A stretch of 64,000 nucleotides of DNA from Promethearchaeota archaeon (GTDB taxonomy: Archaea; Asgardarchaeota; Lokiarchaeia; Sigyniarchaeales; SOKP01). Every line of letters begins with the position of its first letter. The first letter of the stretch is position 1. The stretch lies in assembly GCA_048940925.1 (NCBI GenBank), contig JBHLOC010000020.1, positions 1 through 64,000 on the forward strand, given 5' to 3'. Positions 38,841 through 49,039 of the stretch are shown in pieces. The notes under the pieces are model-generated. The model saw only the letters and a program-made list of their open reading frames with translations, had not been told where the DNA came from and did no database searches. A program made the position numbers and the translations under genes.

Positions 38841-40730
38841 ATAGTTTGGGATAAAAAAATTGCTTTTATTGACTTATCTACAAGAGAGATAACCAAAAAG
38901 GAGATCCCAAAATCAATCCGAAAGCAGTTTTTAGGTGGTAGAGGCATAGATATGTATCTTTTATATAATTATTTATCACCTGAGATTGATCCTTTAAGCC
39001 CTGAAAATTTGTTATTAATAGGAGCTGGATTGCTTACTGGAATCCCCGCACTTGGGAGCGGAAGATGTGATATTGCAGCAAAATCACCTATAACCGGTGC
39101 AATTGGTGACTCTAATATTGGAGGTTTCTTTGCACCTGAAATGAGGATGGCGGGATTTGACCATTTGATGATAACTGGAAAAGCTGAAAAGCCTGTATAT
39201 CTTTGGGTACATGATGGTGAAATTGAAATTCTAGATGCCAGCTATCTTTGGGGAAAAGATACGTTTCGAACACAAACTTTAATAAGATCAGATCATGGAG
39301 ATGAAGAAATCAAATCTTTGGTAATAGGTAATGCAGGTGAAAATCTTGTTCGATTTGCTAACGTAAGAACAGGTATGAAAAACTCTGCAGGAAGAACTGG
39401 GATGGGCTGTGTTATGGGATCAAAGAATTTAAAGGCAATAGCTGCTCGTGGGACGATGGACATAAAATATGACCATCCAGAACAATTATTAGAGTATTGT
39501 AAAGAAATGATCGATATGGTCATGAAAAATCGTTATTCAAGAGCAGCATCAAAATGGGGCACACTCGTGATTTATAGCACTACAAATACTACAGGGTTGA
39601 TTCGAACGAGAAATTTTCAGTTAAATCAGCTGGATCAAGGTTGGGATATTGAACCCGAAGAAATGGATAAGTATACAATTGGGATGTCTGGTTGTTATGG
39701 TTGTCCAGTGAGCTGTCGTCATCGTTATACATTAAAAAAAGGTACCTTTGCCCCTATTTTTGCAGAAGGACCTGAATATACTTCGCTTGGAGCATTTGGA
39801 ACAATGGTAGATTGTAAAAAGATGGAGACCGTTCTCGTAGCAAACCATCTTGTGAACAAATATGGCTTAGACACATTAGAAACTGGAGGATTAATTGCTT
39901 GGGCAATGGAGCTTTATGAAAAAGGAATAATAACAGAAAAAGTGACAGATGGGTTAAAACTTGAATGGGGCAATGAAGAAGTTGTTTTTGATCTAATTCA
40001 AAAAATTGCTCAAAGGGAAGGTTTTGGAAATTTACTAGCTGATGGATTTAGAAGAGCAATAGATAAGATAGGAGAAAAGTCTAAATACTATGCCATTGAA
40101 GTAAAAGGTATGAGTAACTTACACTCAGATGAACGACCTACACCTAGTTTAGCATTAAATATTGCTACCTCAACAAGAGGGGCCGATCATTTGAGAGGTC
40201 GGCCAGCTATAGATCTTTATGGATTGCCAGAAGATTTTTTAGAAGAGATATATGGTGGTCCTATGTCGTCAGATTATAGGTCCTATTTTGGAAAGCCAAG
40301 GATGGTTTGGTGGCAAGAACTCTTATATGCAGTTACAGATTCACTAGGAACTTGCAAGTTTCAAACAGTTTTTTTAGCTGTACATGCTCCAAAATGGGAA
40401 GAATTTTCAAAACTTATCAATTTAGCTACTGGAATGCAATTTTCAAACTCTCAACTTATGGATATTGGGGAAAGAATATACACAATAGAAAGAATGTTTA
40501 ACAATAGGGAGGGATTTTCACGAAAAGATGATACTCTACCTGAACGCTACTTTAAGGAAGCAACTCCTATAGGGCTTCCAAGAGTGAAGGGGATAAAAAT
40601 CGATAAAGAAAAATTTGAAAATATGCTAGATGAGTATTATACTTTACACGGGTGGAATAATAATGGAGTTCCCACCACAGAAACTCTTCAGAAACTTGGA
40701 ATTGAAAAAGAACAAACTCATATTATTTAA
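38841..40730 (+). CDS. aor: tungsten aldehyde:ferredoxin oxidoreductase family protein, probable ATA start
   Basis: KSP.TG, GR.GMG.VMGSKNLKA, CYGCPVSC, EGPEY, GLDT, RGADH; conserved IDLS..FLGGRG lies upstream of the first ATG. Confidence 0.85.
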   Translation: MVWDKKIAFIDLSTREITKKEIPKSIRKQFLGGRGIDMYLLYNYLSPEIDPLSPENLLLIGAGLLTGIPALGSGRCDIAAKSPITGAIGDSNIGGFFAPEMRMAGFDHLMITGKAEKPVYLWVHDGEIEILDASYLWGKDTFRTQTLIRSDHGDEEIKSLVIGNAGENLVRFANVRTGMKNSAGRTGMGCVMGSKNLKAIAARGTMDIKYDHPEQLLEYCKEMIDMVMKNRYSRAASKWGTLVIYSTTNTTGLIRTRNFQLNQLDQGWDIEPEEMDKYTIGMSGCYGCPVSCRHRYTLKKGTFAPIFAEGPEYTSLGAFGTMVDCKKMETVLVANHLVNKYGLDTLETGGLIAWAMELYEKGIITEKVTDGLKLEWGNEEVVFDLIQKIAQREGFGNLLADGFRRAIDKIGEKSKYYAIEVKGMSNLHSDERPTPSLALNIATSTRGADHLRGRPAIDLYGLPEDFLEEIYGGPMSSDYRSYFGKPRMVWWQELLYAVTDSLGTCKFQTVFLAVHAPKWEEFSKLINLATGMQFSNSQLMDIGERIYTIERMFNNREGFSRKDDTLPERYFKEATPIGLPRVKGIKIDKEKFENMLDEYYTLHGWNNNGVPTTETLQKLGIEKEQTHII

Positions 40731-40746
40731 AGACGAGGTGTGTGAG

Positions 40747-41235
40747 ATGCAGAAAATTTTGTTTGTTGATCCAGAAAAATGTACAGGATGCAGGCTCTGT
40801 GAGATTGCTTGCTCTCTACATCATGAAAACGTATGTAATCCTTCTCAGGCAAGAATTCATATTGTAAAATGGGAAAATTCTGGACTTTATATTCCAATGA
40901 TTTGTCAGCAATGTGACACTCCCATTTGTGAGACAGTTTGCCCTATGCGTGCTATAACCAGAGATGAGGAATCAGGAGCCCTAATAATTGATGATGATTT
41001 GTGTGTAGGTTGTAAACTATGTGTGATGTTTTGTCCACTCGGTGGCGTAGGAATAGGTAAAAACAAGCAAATATTGAAATGCAACCTTTGTGATGGTGAT
41101 CCTCTTTGTGTGAAATATTGTATTCCTGGTGCCCTACAATTTATAGATGGAAATACTATAAATCTAAGGAAAAGAAGAATAGCTGCGGAAAAATTTTCAG
41201 ATTTAATGAAAAAAATGTTAGATGTATCAATATAA
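40747..41235 (+). CDS. 4Fe-4S dicluster subunit of AOR
   Basis: Four Cys clusters; GAGGTG RBS 6 nt before ATG 40747. Confidence 0.9.
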   Translation: MQKILFVDPEKCTGCRLCEIACSLHHENVCNPSQARIHIVKWENSGLYIPMICQQCDTPICETVCPMRAITRDEESGALIIDDDLCVGCKLCVMFCPLGGVGIGKNKQILKCNLCDGDPLCVKYCIPGALQFIDGNTINLRKRRIAAEKFSDLMKKMLDVSI

Positions 41236-41267
41236 AAGATTACATGAAATTTTAGAGAGGATTAAAT

Positions 41268-42212
41268 TTGACAGAAAAATTCAGATTTGGTATAGTTGGG
41301 GTAGGACCAACTGGAGGAATTTTAGCAGCTCATCTAGCCAAAGCAGACCATGATGTTATTCTCGTTGACATAAATAAAAGTCATATGGATGAGATAAAAA
41401 AAAATGGTCTCATCATAACTAATTTTCGAGAATTCAAAACAAAATTCCCTAAAAAAAATATTTGTTATTCTATAAATGAACTTCAAAATAAAGAAGTAAA
41501 TACAATATTTATTGCTGTTAAAGCATTTCTCCTCATGGACATCTTACCACAAATTAAAAAAGTTGTGAAACCTAATACTACTATAATTAGTCTACAGAAT
41601 GGTTTTGATACGGAAGAAGTCATTGCAGAGTTTTTTGGAAAAGAAAATACTATGCGTATTGTAGTTAATTATGCAGGATATTTAGAATTTCCCGGAATTA
41701 TAAGTATGTCATTTTTCAACAGTCCCAATTATTTAGGTATATTGACACCTATCGCTGAAGAAAAAGCTAAAAAATTGGCAGAAATCATTACTAATGCAGG
41801 ATTAGAAACGGTCTTTACTTCAGAGATCAAAAAATATGAATGGGCAAAATGCATTCTTAACACGATAAGTCCTATATGTGTTACTACCGGTACTACCATA
41901 AAACAGGCATTAGAATTCAAAGATACTAGGAATCTGTGTAGAGAAATATTGCGTGAAGGAATAGAAGTTGCGAGATCACATGGTATCGATTTTGAGCCTG
42001 AATTTTTAGAGTCTTGCATGAGTTATTTAGATAAGGCAGGACATCATAAAGTTTCTATGCAAGCAGATATAAATAAAGGAAATCCGACAGAAATAGAATT
42101 TCTCAATGGAAAGTTAGTAGAATATGGAAAAATGGAAGGAATTCCAACACCATATAACAAAATATTTGTTTCCTTAATTAGAGCCTGTGAATTGCCTCCT
42201 GTTAATCGTTAA
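41268..42212 (+). CDS. ketopantoate reductase (PanE/ApbA) family 2-oxoacid reductase
   Basis: GVGPTGG, AVKA, LQNG, W.K..LN, SMQAD..G.PTEIEFLNG. Confidence 0.88.
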   Translation: MTEKFRFGIVGVGPTGGILAAHLAKADHDVILVDINKSHMDEIKKNGLIITNFREFKTKFPKKNICYSINELQNKEVNTIFIAVKAFLLMDILPQIKKVVKPNTTIISLQNGFDTEEVIAEFFGKENTMRIVVNYAGYLEFPGIISMSFFNSPNYLGILTPIAEEKAKKLAEIITNAGLETVFTSEIKKYEWAKCILNTISPICVTTGTTIKQALEFKDTRNLCREILREGIEVARSHGIDFEPEFLESCMSYLDKAGHHKVSMQADINKGNPTEIEFLNGKLVEYGKMEGIPTPYNKIFVSLIRACELPPVNR

Positions 42213-42241
42213 TCAATTTATATTTTAATTACAGTTAAATT

Positions 42242-43027
42242 ATGTCTAATGATCTATTTTTTGTAGGTATTGATGTTGGAACCTCATATGTAAAATCTCT
42301 TGTTATTAATAAAATTAAAGAGGTTGTCAGTTTTCATGTTAAGCGTACCGGTATTTCTATTGAGGAATCAAGCAAAATTGCTTTTAAGGAAGCCATTTCG
42401 AAAGTTTCGTTATCTAAGAGCCAGATAAATCATATTACAGCTACGGGATTTGGAAAAAATAAGATTTCTTTTGCAGATACTACCAAAACTGAAATAATAT
42501 GTCATGCAAAGGGAGCATATCATTACTTTCCTAGGAGGATTACAGTTATTGATATAGGAGGTCAAGATACAAAAGTTATTAAGCTTGATGAGGAAGGAAA
42601 AATAACTAGGTTTAAGATGAATAGAAAATGTGCTGCTGGAACTGGTGTATTTATTGAGGAAATTGCAAATCGACTTGACATACCATTGAATGAGATGAAT
42701 ACCTTAGCGATTAAATCTACAAAGAATACCCCACTTGCAAGTTTTTGTACAGTTTTTGCAAAAACAGAAATTCTTACACGTATAAAAGAAGGAGAAAAAG
42801 CTGAAGATTTAGTTAAAAGTGCATTTGAATCCGTAATAAGGAGAGTAATTGAGATGATAGAATTAGAAGGTACAATAGTTGTTACTGGTGGAGTTATAGC
42901 TCATAATAGCATTATTGGAGAGATCTTGAAAAGAGAAATAGGTACTGATGTTTTAATTCCACCAAACCCGCAATTAATAGGAGCTCTTGGAGCAGCATTA
43001 TTTGCAATAGAAAAAAATTTCAAATAG
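42242..43027 (+). CDS. 2-hydroxyacyl-CoA dehydratase activator (HgdC-like ASKHA ATPase)
   Basis: GIDVGT, ATGFG, DIGGQDTK, MNRKCAAGTG, SFCTVFA. Confidence 0.9.
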   Translation: MSNDLFFVGIDVGTSYVKSLVINKIKEVVSFHVKRTGISIEESSKIAFKEAISKVSLSKSQINHITATGFGKNKISFADTTKTEIICHAKGAYHYFPRRITVIDIGGQDTKVIKLDEEGKITRFKMNRKCAAGTGVFIEEIANRLDIPLNEMNTLAIKSTKNTPLASFCTVFAKTEILTRIKEGEKAEDLVKSAFESVIRRVIEMIELEGTIVVTGGVIAHNSIIGEILKREIGTDVLIPPNPQLIGALGAALFAIEKNFK

Positions 43028-43184
43028 TAATTCTCTTAACATTATTAAGTAACGTTTTAACTGGTTTTAAATTTGAAATTTTATTAAGGAATCCTCAAAT
43101 CAAATTTATATAGTTGAATTAACCATTTTAGGTTACAGATCAAGTCATTGATCATTTTTACAAAAACTAATTAGAAGATAAAAA

Positions 43185-46100
43185 ATGATGAACTCTAAAT
43201 TTAATAAAAAGAAACTTATTTCGTTTTTAGCAATCCTAACATTAGTTTTACTGGGAGTTTTCAACTTAAATTTAGGATACGCTATTCAATGGGAAGGAGA
43301 TGGAGCAACTTTTGAACCTGATGTTGAACACCCCACTCAATATGGCGTGTTTATCCCCGAACCAAATATATATGCTACCATGTATGTAGATGCATCAAAT
43401 CAAGGTCGATATGCAATGATGAATTGGCTTGGAGGAGAACTCGATTCAGAACTTGTAGATTATCCCGGCAAGGATATTTCACATTTATATCCTTGGTATT
43501 TCGATAGCTACGTAAGAGACACAACAACAGATAATGATTATCTCGATCCTTGGGATGTTAATTGGATAAATGTGACTGCACTTAATCCTCAGAACAACAC
43601 ACTTTCACCCTATACTCTTAATTCTGTTTTTGATTATTATGTGATGACTGAAGGAAATTCTCTCAATGTTCCAGTACATAGTTCTTTCCCCATGCAAATT
43701 GATCTTGTACTAAATAGTAAAGGTCCTAAAATCTTAAAGTTTGATTGGTTAACTGATGATCCTACAATTGATCCTCTAGATGATATAGCATTAGTATCTC
43801 CATCAGGTAAGTTAGTAGATTCACAATTAGGATTAGTTGAAGCACCAGGTTTATTCGCTACTTTTGAAGTTTTTAACTTTCTTGCTTTTGTAGCTCATCA
43901 AAGGGGAACTTATAGACTATTAATAAATGCAGCTTATGCTGAACCTATGAGTTTAGCTTTAGAATTTTTAAAAACCCCTATAACCAATTTACCGTTGAAT
44001 ACTTTAAGATTTGGAGGGAATGGAGATGATAACCCTAGTATACAAGATCTTTGGGATATAAAATGGCAGAATGATTGGTTTAGGATCAATGGTAAGAAAG
44101 GGGATATGTTTAGATTAGATATTGGAATAGATTATACAGATATATATCCACAGGTCAATTTTTGGGCTCCTTGTGCGAATGGATATGTAAATTATGAACC
44201 TATAGCTCCAATTCCAGGAATATATGATGTTTATTTTCCTGCTACTGGACCATTATATGTCTCATTCATCGACGAAACAGTTCAAGAGATTTATAGATAT
44301 TCATTATATCTTAGTGAATTTGAAACTTTGGACTATAATATTGGAGATAATTTGACTACTATAAGAGTTGACAGAGACCAGAGAAAAGCAATAGAATTTG
44401 ATATCGAAGAGGATTCCTTTGTCGAATTTAACTATACGCTATTCCCTCAACCGTTAGGTAATCCTACAATCTATGCACCAGGAGGAAATTATTACTTTCT
44501 TTATGAAAATTCGAAAAGACTTGAGTGTGTTAATGTTTTTGGTCCTATTGAAACAAAACCCTTAAGTGATGAAACATTTTATTACTATTACTTACCTGCT
44601 GGAACATATAAAGCTTTTATTGCTAACACAAATGTGAATTATGATGGTGTTGTCCAAATAAGCTCAAAATACGTAGAGGAAGGAAATGGTACAATTCCAA
44701 TTAATTATTTAACTTATCCAGATACAAATCCTTCTCAATTCCTTACAGTTGAATTCGATCCACATGAATATTATAATGGTATTCATGAAGGCAAATATGT
44801 CTATTTAAATATTACAGAACCTGGTCAATATATACTAAATACGACAATATATACTGCAGATAATTTAGCAGGTACACCACTGTCAGCGGATCCAGCTGCT
44901 GTAGTCGTGTATAATTCAAGTGCTCCTTTTGGTGGCTCATACCATGATTGGACAGAAGAAGCTTTAGATCCTTCAAAATCATTTCCAGCATTTTCTAATG
45001 ATACGGCAGGAGAACAAACAGATGATATTCTTTTCATAGCATACTCACAAAAATGGCACGATATGGAATTTAATTTTTCACAAGTAGGAATAAGAGAAAA
45101 TGTTAATTTAGATCTAAGCTTTTTTACTTATGATGGCACTGACTTTACAAGCGATGTTAGTGAAACATTAGATACTACAACTGAGTTTACGTCTGATGGC
45201 ACTATTGTGCTAAATTTATTAGATCCTCAATACTTAAGTTGGATACCTGGAGCAGATTTTGATTTACCTGGTATAAAAGAAGATGACTATTATTGGCTAG
45301 CTATTCAATTAACATCAACTACTGATTTTAGTCAACTACCTTATATTCAATTATTAAAATTATCAAATATTACTTTACAAGGAGATGTAAACTTTGCACT
45401 TATAAGAGATAGTGGGTATGAATACGGTGATTACTGGAACCCCACTATAGAAACAGAACCTACTGATCTCTTAATAAATCAAGAAGCTACAAATTTATAT
45501 GATTCTAGTGAAACATTAATATTCGAAACCTCATCTCCATATACCATAGGCTTTGAAGAAGGTGTCTATAAATTATTAATCATTCCATATGGATGGGGTG
45601 GTGTCGAACCAATTAAAATAAAATTTGCAGTTGAAAACTATTGGTCTTATAGGCATCAGGAAAATTATAACATTACTGCTGAACCGAATCTATATCTGCA
45701 TCAAATTAATAATTATACTGCTGGAGCCTATGGACAAGGAAATACACCCGTATACAACTATTCTGGAACTTATACTTTTAATAGTACAGAAACGATACTA
45801 CCTAGTTTCTTAGGAAGTAATGGTTATTTTGTATTGGAATGTTTTGGTGATATTTACAAATGGACTCAATTAGTTGTTGCAACTAACAATGTATCGCAAT
45901 ATGAACTTTATATAATGCAAGATCTTCCGTGGGTTACTAATACTGGCCCACATGACTTAGAAGTAGAGAGTAGATATTCTGTACCACCAACACCTATTAA
46001 TACTACTAATGAATTTGGTGTACTTTCTGATCATTTCTATTTAATCTTTGAATTTCAACCTACATTCTTGGATGAGATAGTGACTTTCAGGATCGATTTA

Positions 46101-46274
46101 ACTCAATATAATACTACTATATTAACTACAAGTGTACCTATTGCATCATACAAGCCCCCTCTTAATATGGCACTTGTCTTGGGATTAGCTATTGGTATTC
46201 CTGTTGCCGCAGGAATAATTGTTATGATTTATGTCCTTAAAAAGCGAGGAAAAATCTTATCAAAAACCCCTTAA
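43185..46274 (+). CDS. large secreted, C-terminally anchored cell-surface protein
   Basis: Signal peptide, about 950 aa acidic beta-rich ectodomain with many N-x-S/T sequons, C-terminal TM then KKRGK. Confidence 0.85.
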   Translation: MMNSKFNKKKLISFLAILTLVLLGVFNLNLGYAIQWEGDGATFEPDVEHPTQYGVFIPEPNIYATMYVDASNQGRYAMMNWLGGELDSELVDYPGKDISHLYPWYFDSYVRDTTTDNDYLDPWDVNWINVTALNPQNNTLSPYTLNSVFDYYVMTEGNSLNVPVHSSFPMQIDLVLNSKGPKILKFDWLTDDPTIDPLDDIALVSPSGKLVDSQLGLVEAPGLFATFEVFNFLAFVAHQRGTYRLLINAAYAEPMSLALEFLKTPITNLPLNTLRFGGNGDDNPSIQDLWDIKWQNDWFRINGKKGDMFRLDIGIDYTDIYPQVNFWAPCANGYVNYEPIAPIPGIYDVYFPATGPLYVSFIDETVQEIYRYSLYLSEFETLDYNIGDNLTTIRVDRDQRKAIEFDIEEDSFVEFNYTLFPQPLGNPTIYAPGGNYYFLYENSKRLECVNVFGPIETKPLSDETFYYYYLPAGTYKAFIANTNVNYDGVVQISSKYVEEGNGTIPINYLTYPDTNPSQFLTVEFDPHEYYNGIHEGKYVYLNITEPGQYILNTTIYTADNLAGTPLSADPAAVVVYNSSAPFGGSYHDWTEEALDPSKSFPAFSNDTAGEQTDDILFIAYSQKWHDMEFNFSQVGIRENVNLDLSFFTYDGTDFTSDVSETLDTTTEFTSDGTIVLNLLDPQYLSWIPGADFDLPGIKEDDYYWLAIQLTSTTDFSQLPYIQLLKLSNITLQGDVNFALIRDSGYEYGDYWNPTIETEPTDLLINQEATNLYDSSETLIFETSSPYTIGFEEGVYKLLIIPYGWGGVEPIKIKFAVENYWSYRHQENYNITAEPNLYLHQINNYTAGAYGQGNTPVYNYSGTYTFNSTETILPSFLGSNGYFVLECFGDIYKWTQLVVATNNVSQYELYIMQDLPWVTNTGPHDLEVESRYSVPPTPINTTNEFGVLSDHFYLIFEFQPTFLDEIVTFRIDLTQYNTTILTTSVPIASYKPPLNMALVLGLAIGIPVAAGIIVMIYVLKKRGKILSKTP

Positions 46275-46827
46275 AATCAATTATTTAATTATCTTTTTTT
46301 TTCTTAAATCTTTTATATATATCATAATTTAACCTTCATTATTTATATACTATTTTGAAACCCATCAAATTTTTTCGTCATAATTTAAAGTTTGATACCT
46401 TTTTTTATATTCAAGATTACGATTTTACCAGTATGGAAAATCTAGCTTTAAACTTTAAAATTTTAATTGTTCTGGGGTTTTAATTCTAATTTGAATCTTA
46501 TTAACTTCTTAATAAAATTGTAAATTGTTTTTATTAAAAGTAAGTTGATCAAGACTTTGTTATAGAATTGGGATAATAATTTTTAAAAAAAATGATTTTT
46601 TTCCTATATTTTTGAAGAAAAATTTTTTTGCGCAGTTAAATTTATGAGCTCTTTTAGCTTTTATTTGTAAACTAAGGATGTATGAGAGAAATGTAAAATC
46701 TATAAATACACATTAGTAGCATACCAATACAATTCACATAATAATGGAACAGAACGTTCATAAGATTGACGAAACATTTATTAAGATAGGAAAAAATATA
46801 TATATTTAGAAAAAAATTTTTTTTTCT

Positions 46828-46899
46828 AGTAGTGGAATGTTTGTTTTTAGGCCATAATTTATTCCTCCACGAATAAAACTAAAAATTCATTCCATTACT
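46828..46899. other. long interrupted hairpin in intergenic spacer
   Basis: AGTAGTGGAATG/CATTCCATTACT, TTTTTAG/CTAAAAA and TTTATTC/GAATAAA nested stems, followed by a T tract. Confidence 0.55.
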
Positions 46900-47003
46900 T
46901 TTTTCTTTTTTTAATTATGTTTTTAAATTTATAAATTGTGAAATTTAAATTTTATTTAATTAATTATTATTAATAATGAATAAAAAAGGAATTGTTTTAA
47001 TTG

Positions 47004-48206
47004 CTAATAATCTTCAGATTTTACTTTTTTTAACTCCTCAATTAAAGCAGGTATAATCTCATGAAGATCTCCAATAATACCATAGTGAGCCACCTTAAAA
47101 ATAGGAGCATTAGGATCTTTGTTGATTGCTACGATTATTTTTGAATTTTGCATACCCACTACATGTTGAATAGCCCCTGAAATTCCACATGCGATATATA
47201 ATTTTGGAGACACGGCTTTACCAGTTTGACCTACTTGTCTTTCTTGAGGTATCCAATTTAATTCAACAGTAACTCTTGAACCCGCTAATTCCGCTCCTAA
47301 TAGATCCGCTAATTCTTCAATAAGTTTAAATTTTTCTTTAGATCCAACACCCCTTCCACCTGCTACAATGATTTCGGCATCTTCAAGGTTAATAGGAATC
47401 TTTTTTTTATCAATAATTTTTACAATTTTCGAAACAGCATCTTTTTTTTCGAATGTATAATCAATTTTAGTTATATTACTCTTTCTTCTTAATTTTTCAG
47501 CTGTTTTGAATATACCAGGTCTTACTGTAGCCATTTGAGGTCTATTGTAAGGTGTACGAATCGTGGCTAAAATATTTCCACCATAAGTTGGACGTGTCTG
47601 TAAGAGATTTCTAGTTTTCAGATCAATATCCAAACCGGTACAGTCTGCTGTTAGACCAGCATTGAGTCTTTTTGCAACTCTTGGTGCAAAATCTCTTCCT
47701 GTGGGAGTAGCTCCTATTAATACTATTTCTGGTTTTTTCTCAAGAATTAGTTGTGTTAATACTTTTGTGTATAAATCAGAATAATAATTTTTTAATATTG
47801 ACGATTTGACATAAATTATCTCATCTGTTCCATACTGAGAAAACTCTTCTAATTGCTCATCAAATTTATCTCCTAAAATGATAAGAGACAAATCGACTTC
47901 TAATAAATCTGCTAATTCTTTTCCTTTACTTAATAATTGGAAAGCTACAGGATGAATTTTATTTTTATAATGTTCAGCAATAACCCAAATACCCTCATAT
48001 TGCGAAAAGTCAACTTTTTCTCCTTTTATTTCTTTCCTTTCTAAAATAATTGCGTCAACAGGACAAGCTTCAACACAAGCTCCACACAAATTGCACTTTT
48101 CATTAAACACCGCTTTATTGTCAACTATCTCAATTCCCCCATATGGGCAATGATCTAAACAGGTAGCACAACCAGTACAAAGTTCATCATCAATAACAAT
48201 ACTCAT
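47004..48206 (-). CDS. etfA: electron transfer flavoprotein alpha with N-terminal 2x[4Fe-4S] domain
   Basis: Two CxxCxxCxxxCP motifs; GLTADCT, QVGQTG, GISGAIQH. Confidence 0.93.
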   Translation of the reverse strand: MSIVIDDELCTGCATCLDHCPYGGIEIVDNKAVFNEKCNLCGACVEACPVDAIILERKEIKGEKVDFSQYEGIWVIAEHYKNKIHPVAFQLLSKGKELADLLEVDLSLIILGDKFDEQLEEFSQYGTDEIIYVKSSILKNYYSDLYTKVLTQLILEKKPEIVLIGATPTGRDFAPRVAKRLNAGLTADCTGLDIDLKTRNLLQTRPTYGGNILATIRTPYNRPQMATVRPGIFKTAEKLRRKSNITKIDYTFEKKDAVSKIVKIIDKKKIPINLEDAEIIVAGGRGVGSKEKFKLIEELADLLGAELAGSRVTVELNWIPQERQVGQTGKAVSPKLYIACGISGAIQHVVGMQNSKIIVAINKDPNAPIFKVAHYGIIGDLHEIIPALIEELKKVKSEDY

Positions 48207-48220
48207 CTATTTTGTTCCTC

Positions 48221-49039
48221 TTAAAGTATCTTATCTTTTTTTAAATTCAAACATAATTCTTTAGATACTTCTTCTGGGGTTCCCTTTAAAATAATATGAT
48301 CACCTTTTCTTTCTGGAATAAAAATTTTCCATACCTCAGTCATTGAACCATTTAAACCAATTTTAGTCTTATCGGCATCTAGCTCCTCAGCATTTAAATA
48401 AATAACTTTTTTCTTTTGATAAGCATGAACAATTCCAGATGAAGTAGGAGATCGTGGTTTATTAATCTCTTTTAATACAGAAATTAAGGCGGGTAATTCC
48501 GTTTCAATTATCACTACCTCTTCTGTTCTGAAAGTCCTTTCAACACTTATTTTACTTCCTTTCAATGTAAATCTTTGTACATAAGTTATTTGGGGAATCT
48601 CTAACTCTTCTGCTAATTCTGGTGCTACTTGGGCAGTATTTCCATCAATCGCTTCAGTTCCGCAAATAACAAGATATCTTTCCAACTTTTTTTTCTCTTT
48701 TAGCACTTTTTTAATAGCAAGTGCAAGAGTATAAGATGTCGCTAAGGTATCTGCTCCCGCAAAAGAAGGGTCTGTTAATAAAAAAGCTTTATCTACTCCC
48801 ATTGCTAATGCTTCTCTTAATGCTTCTTCAGCTTGAGGAGGACCCATGCTTATAGCTATCACATCAGCACTGTGGTGTTCTTTTATTGATAGAGCGAGCT
48901 CAATAGCATGTTTATCATAGGGATTTATAATTGAAGGAATTCCCTCTCTCACTAGAGTATTAGTAATTGGATCAATCCTTACTTCTGATACTCCCGGTAC
49001 TTGTTTGATACAGACAAATATTGTAAGTATTTTTTCCAT
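48221..49039 (-). CDS. etfB: electron transfer flavoprotein beta
   Basis: CIKQVP, INPYD, SMGP, GADTLAT, AIDG.TAQV. Confidence 0.93.
   Translation of the reverse strand: MEKILTIFVCIKQVPGVSEVRIDPITNTLVREGIPSIINPYDKHAIELALSIKEHHSADVIAISMGPPQAEEALREALAMGVDKAFLLTDPSFAGADTLATSYTLALAIKKVLKEKKKLERYLVICGTEAIDGNTAQVAPELAEELEIPQITYVQRFTLKGSKISVERTFRTEEVVIIETELPALISVLKEINKPRSPTSSGIVHAYQKKKVIYLNAEELDADKTKIGLNGSMTEVWKIFIPERKGDHIILKGTPEEVSKELCLNLKKDKIL

Noticed and set aside
38841-40730. Class II benzoyl-CoA reductase BamB
   Set aside because: It has the AOR-type EGPEY and RGADH motifs rather than the BamB Cys-ligand region, and no bamC-I genes are adjacent
40630-40746. N-terminal extension of the AOR Fe-S subunit (likewise 56038-56088 for the B12 subunit)
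   Set aside because: It overlaps the upstream gene, and a good RBS precedes the downstream start
46828-46899. SECIS element
   Set aside because: AUGA occurs on the minus strand but there is no opposing GA for the kink-turn core, and no in-frame TGA selenoprotein candidate nearby
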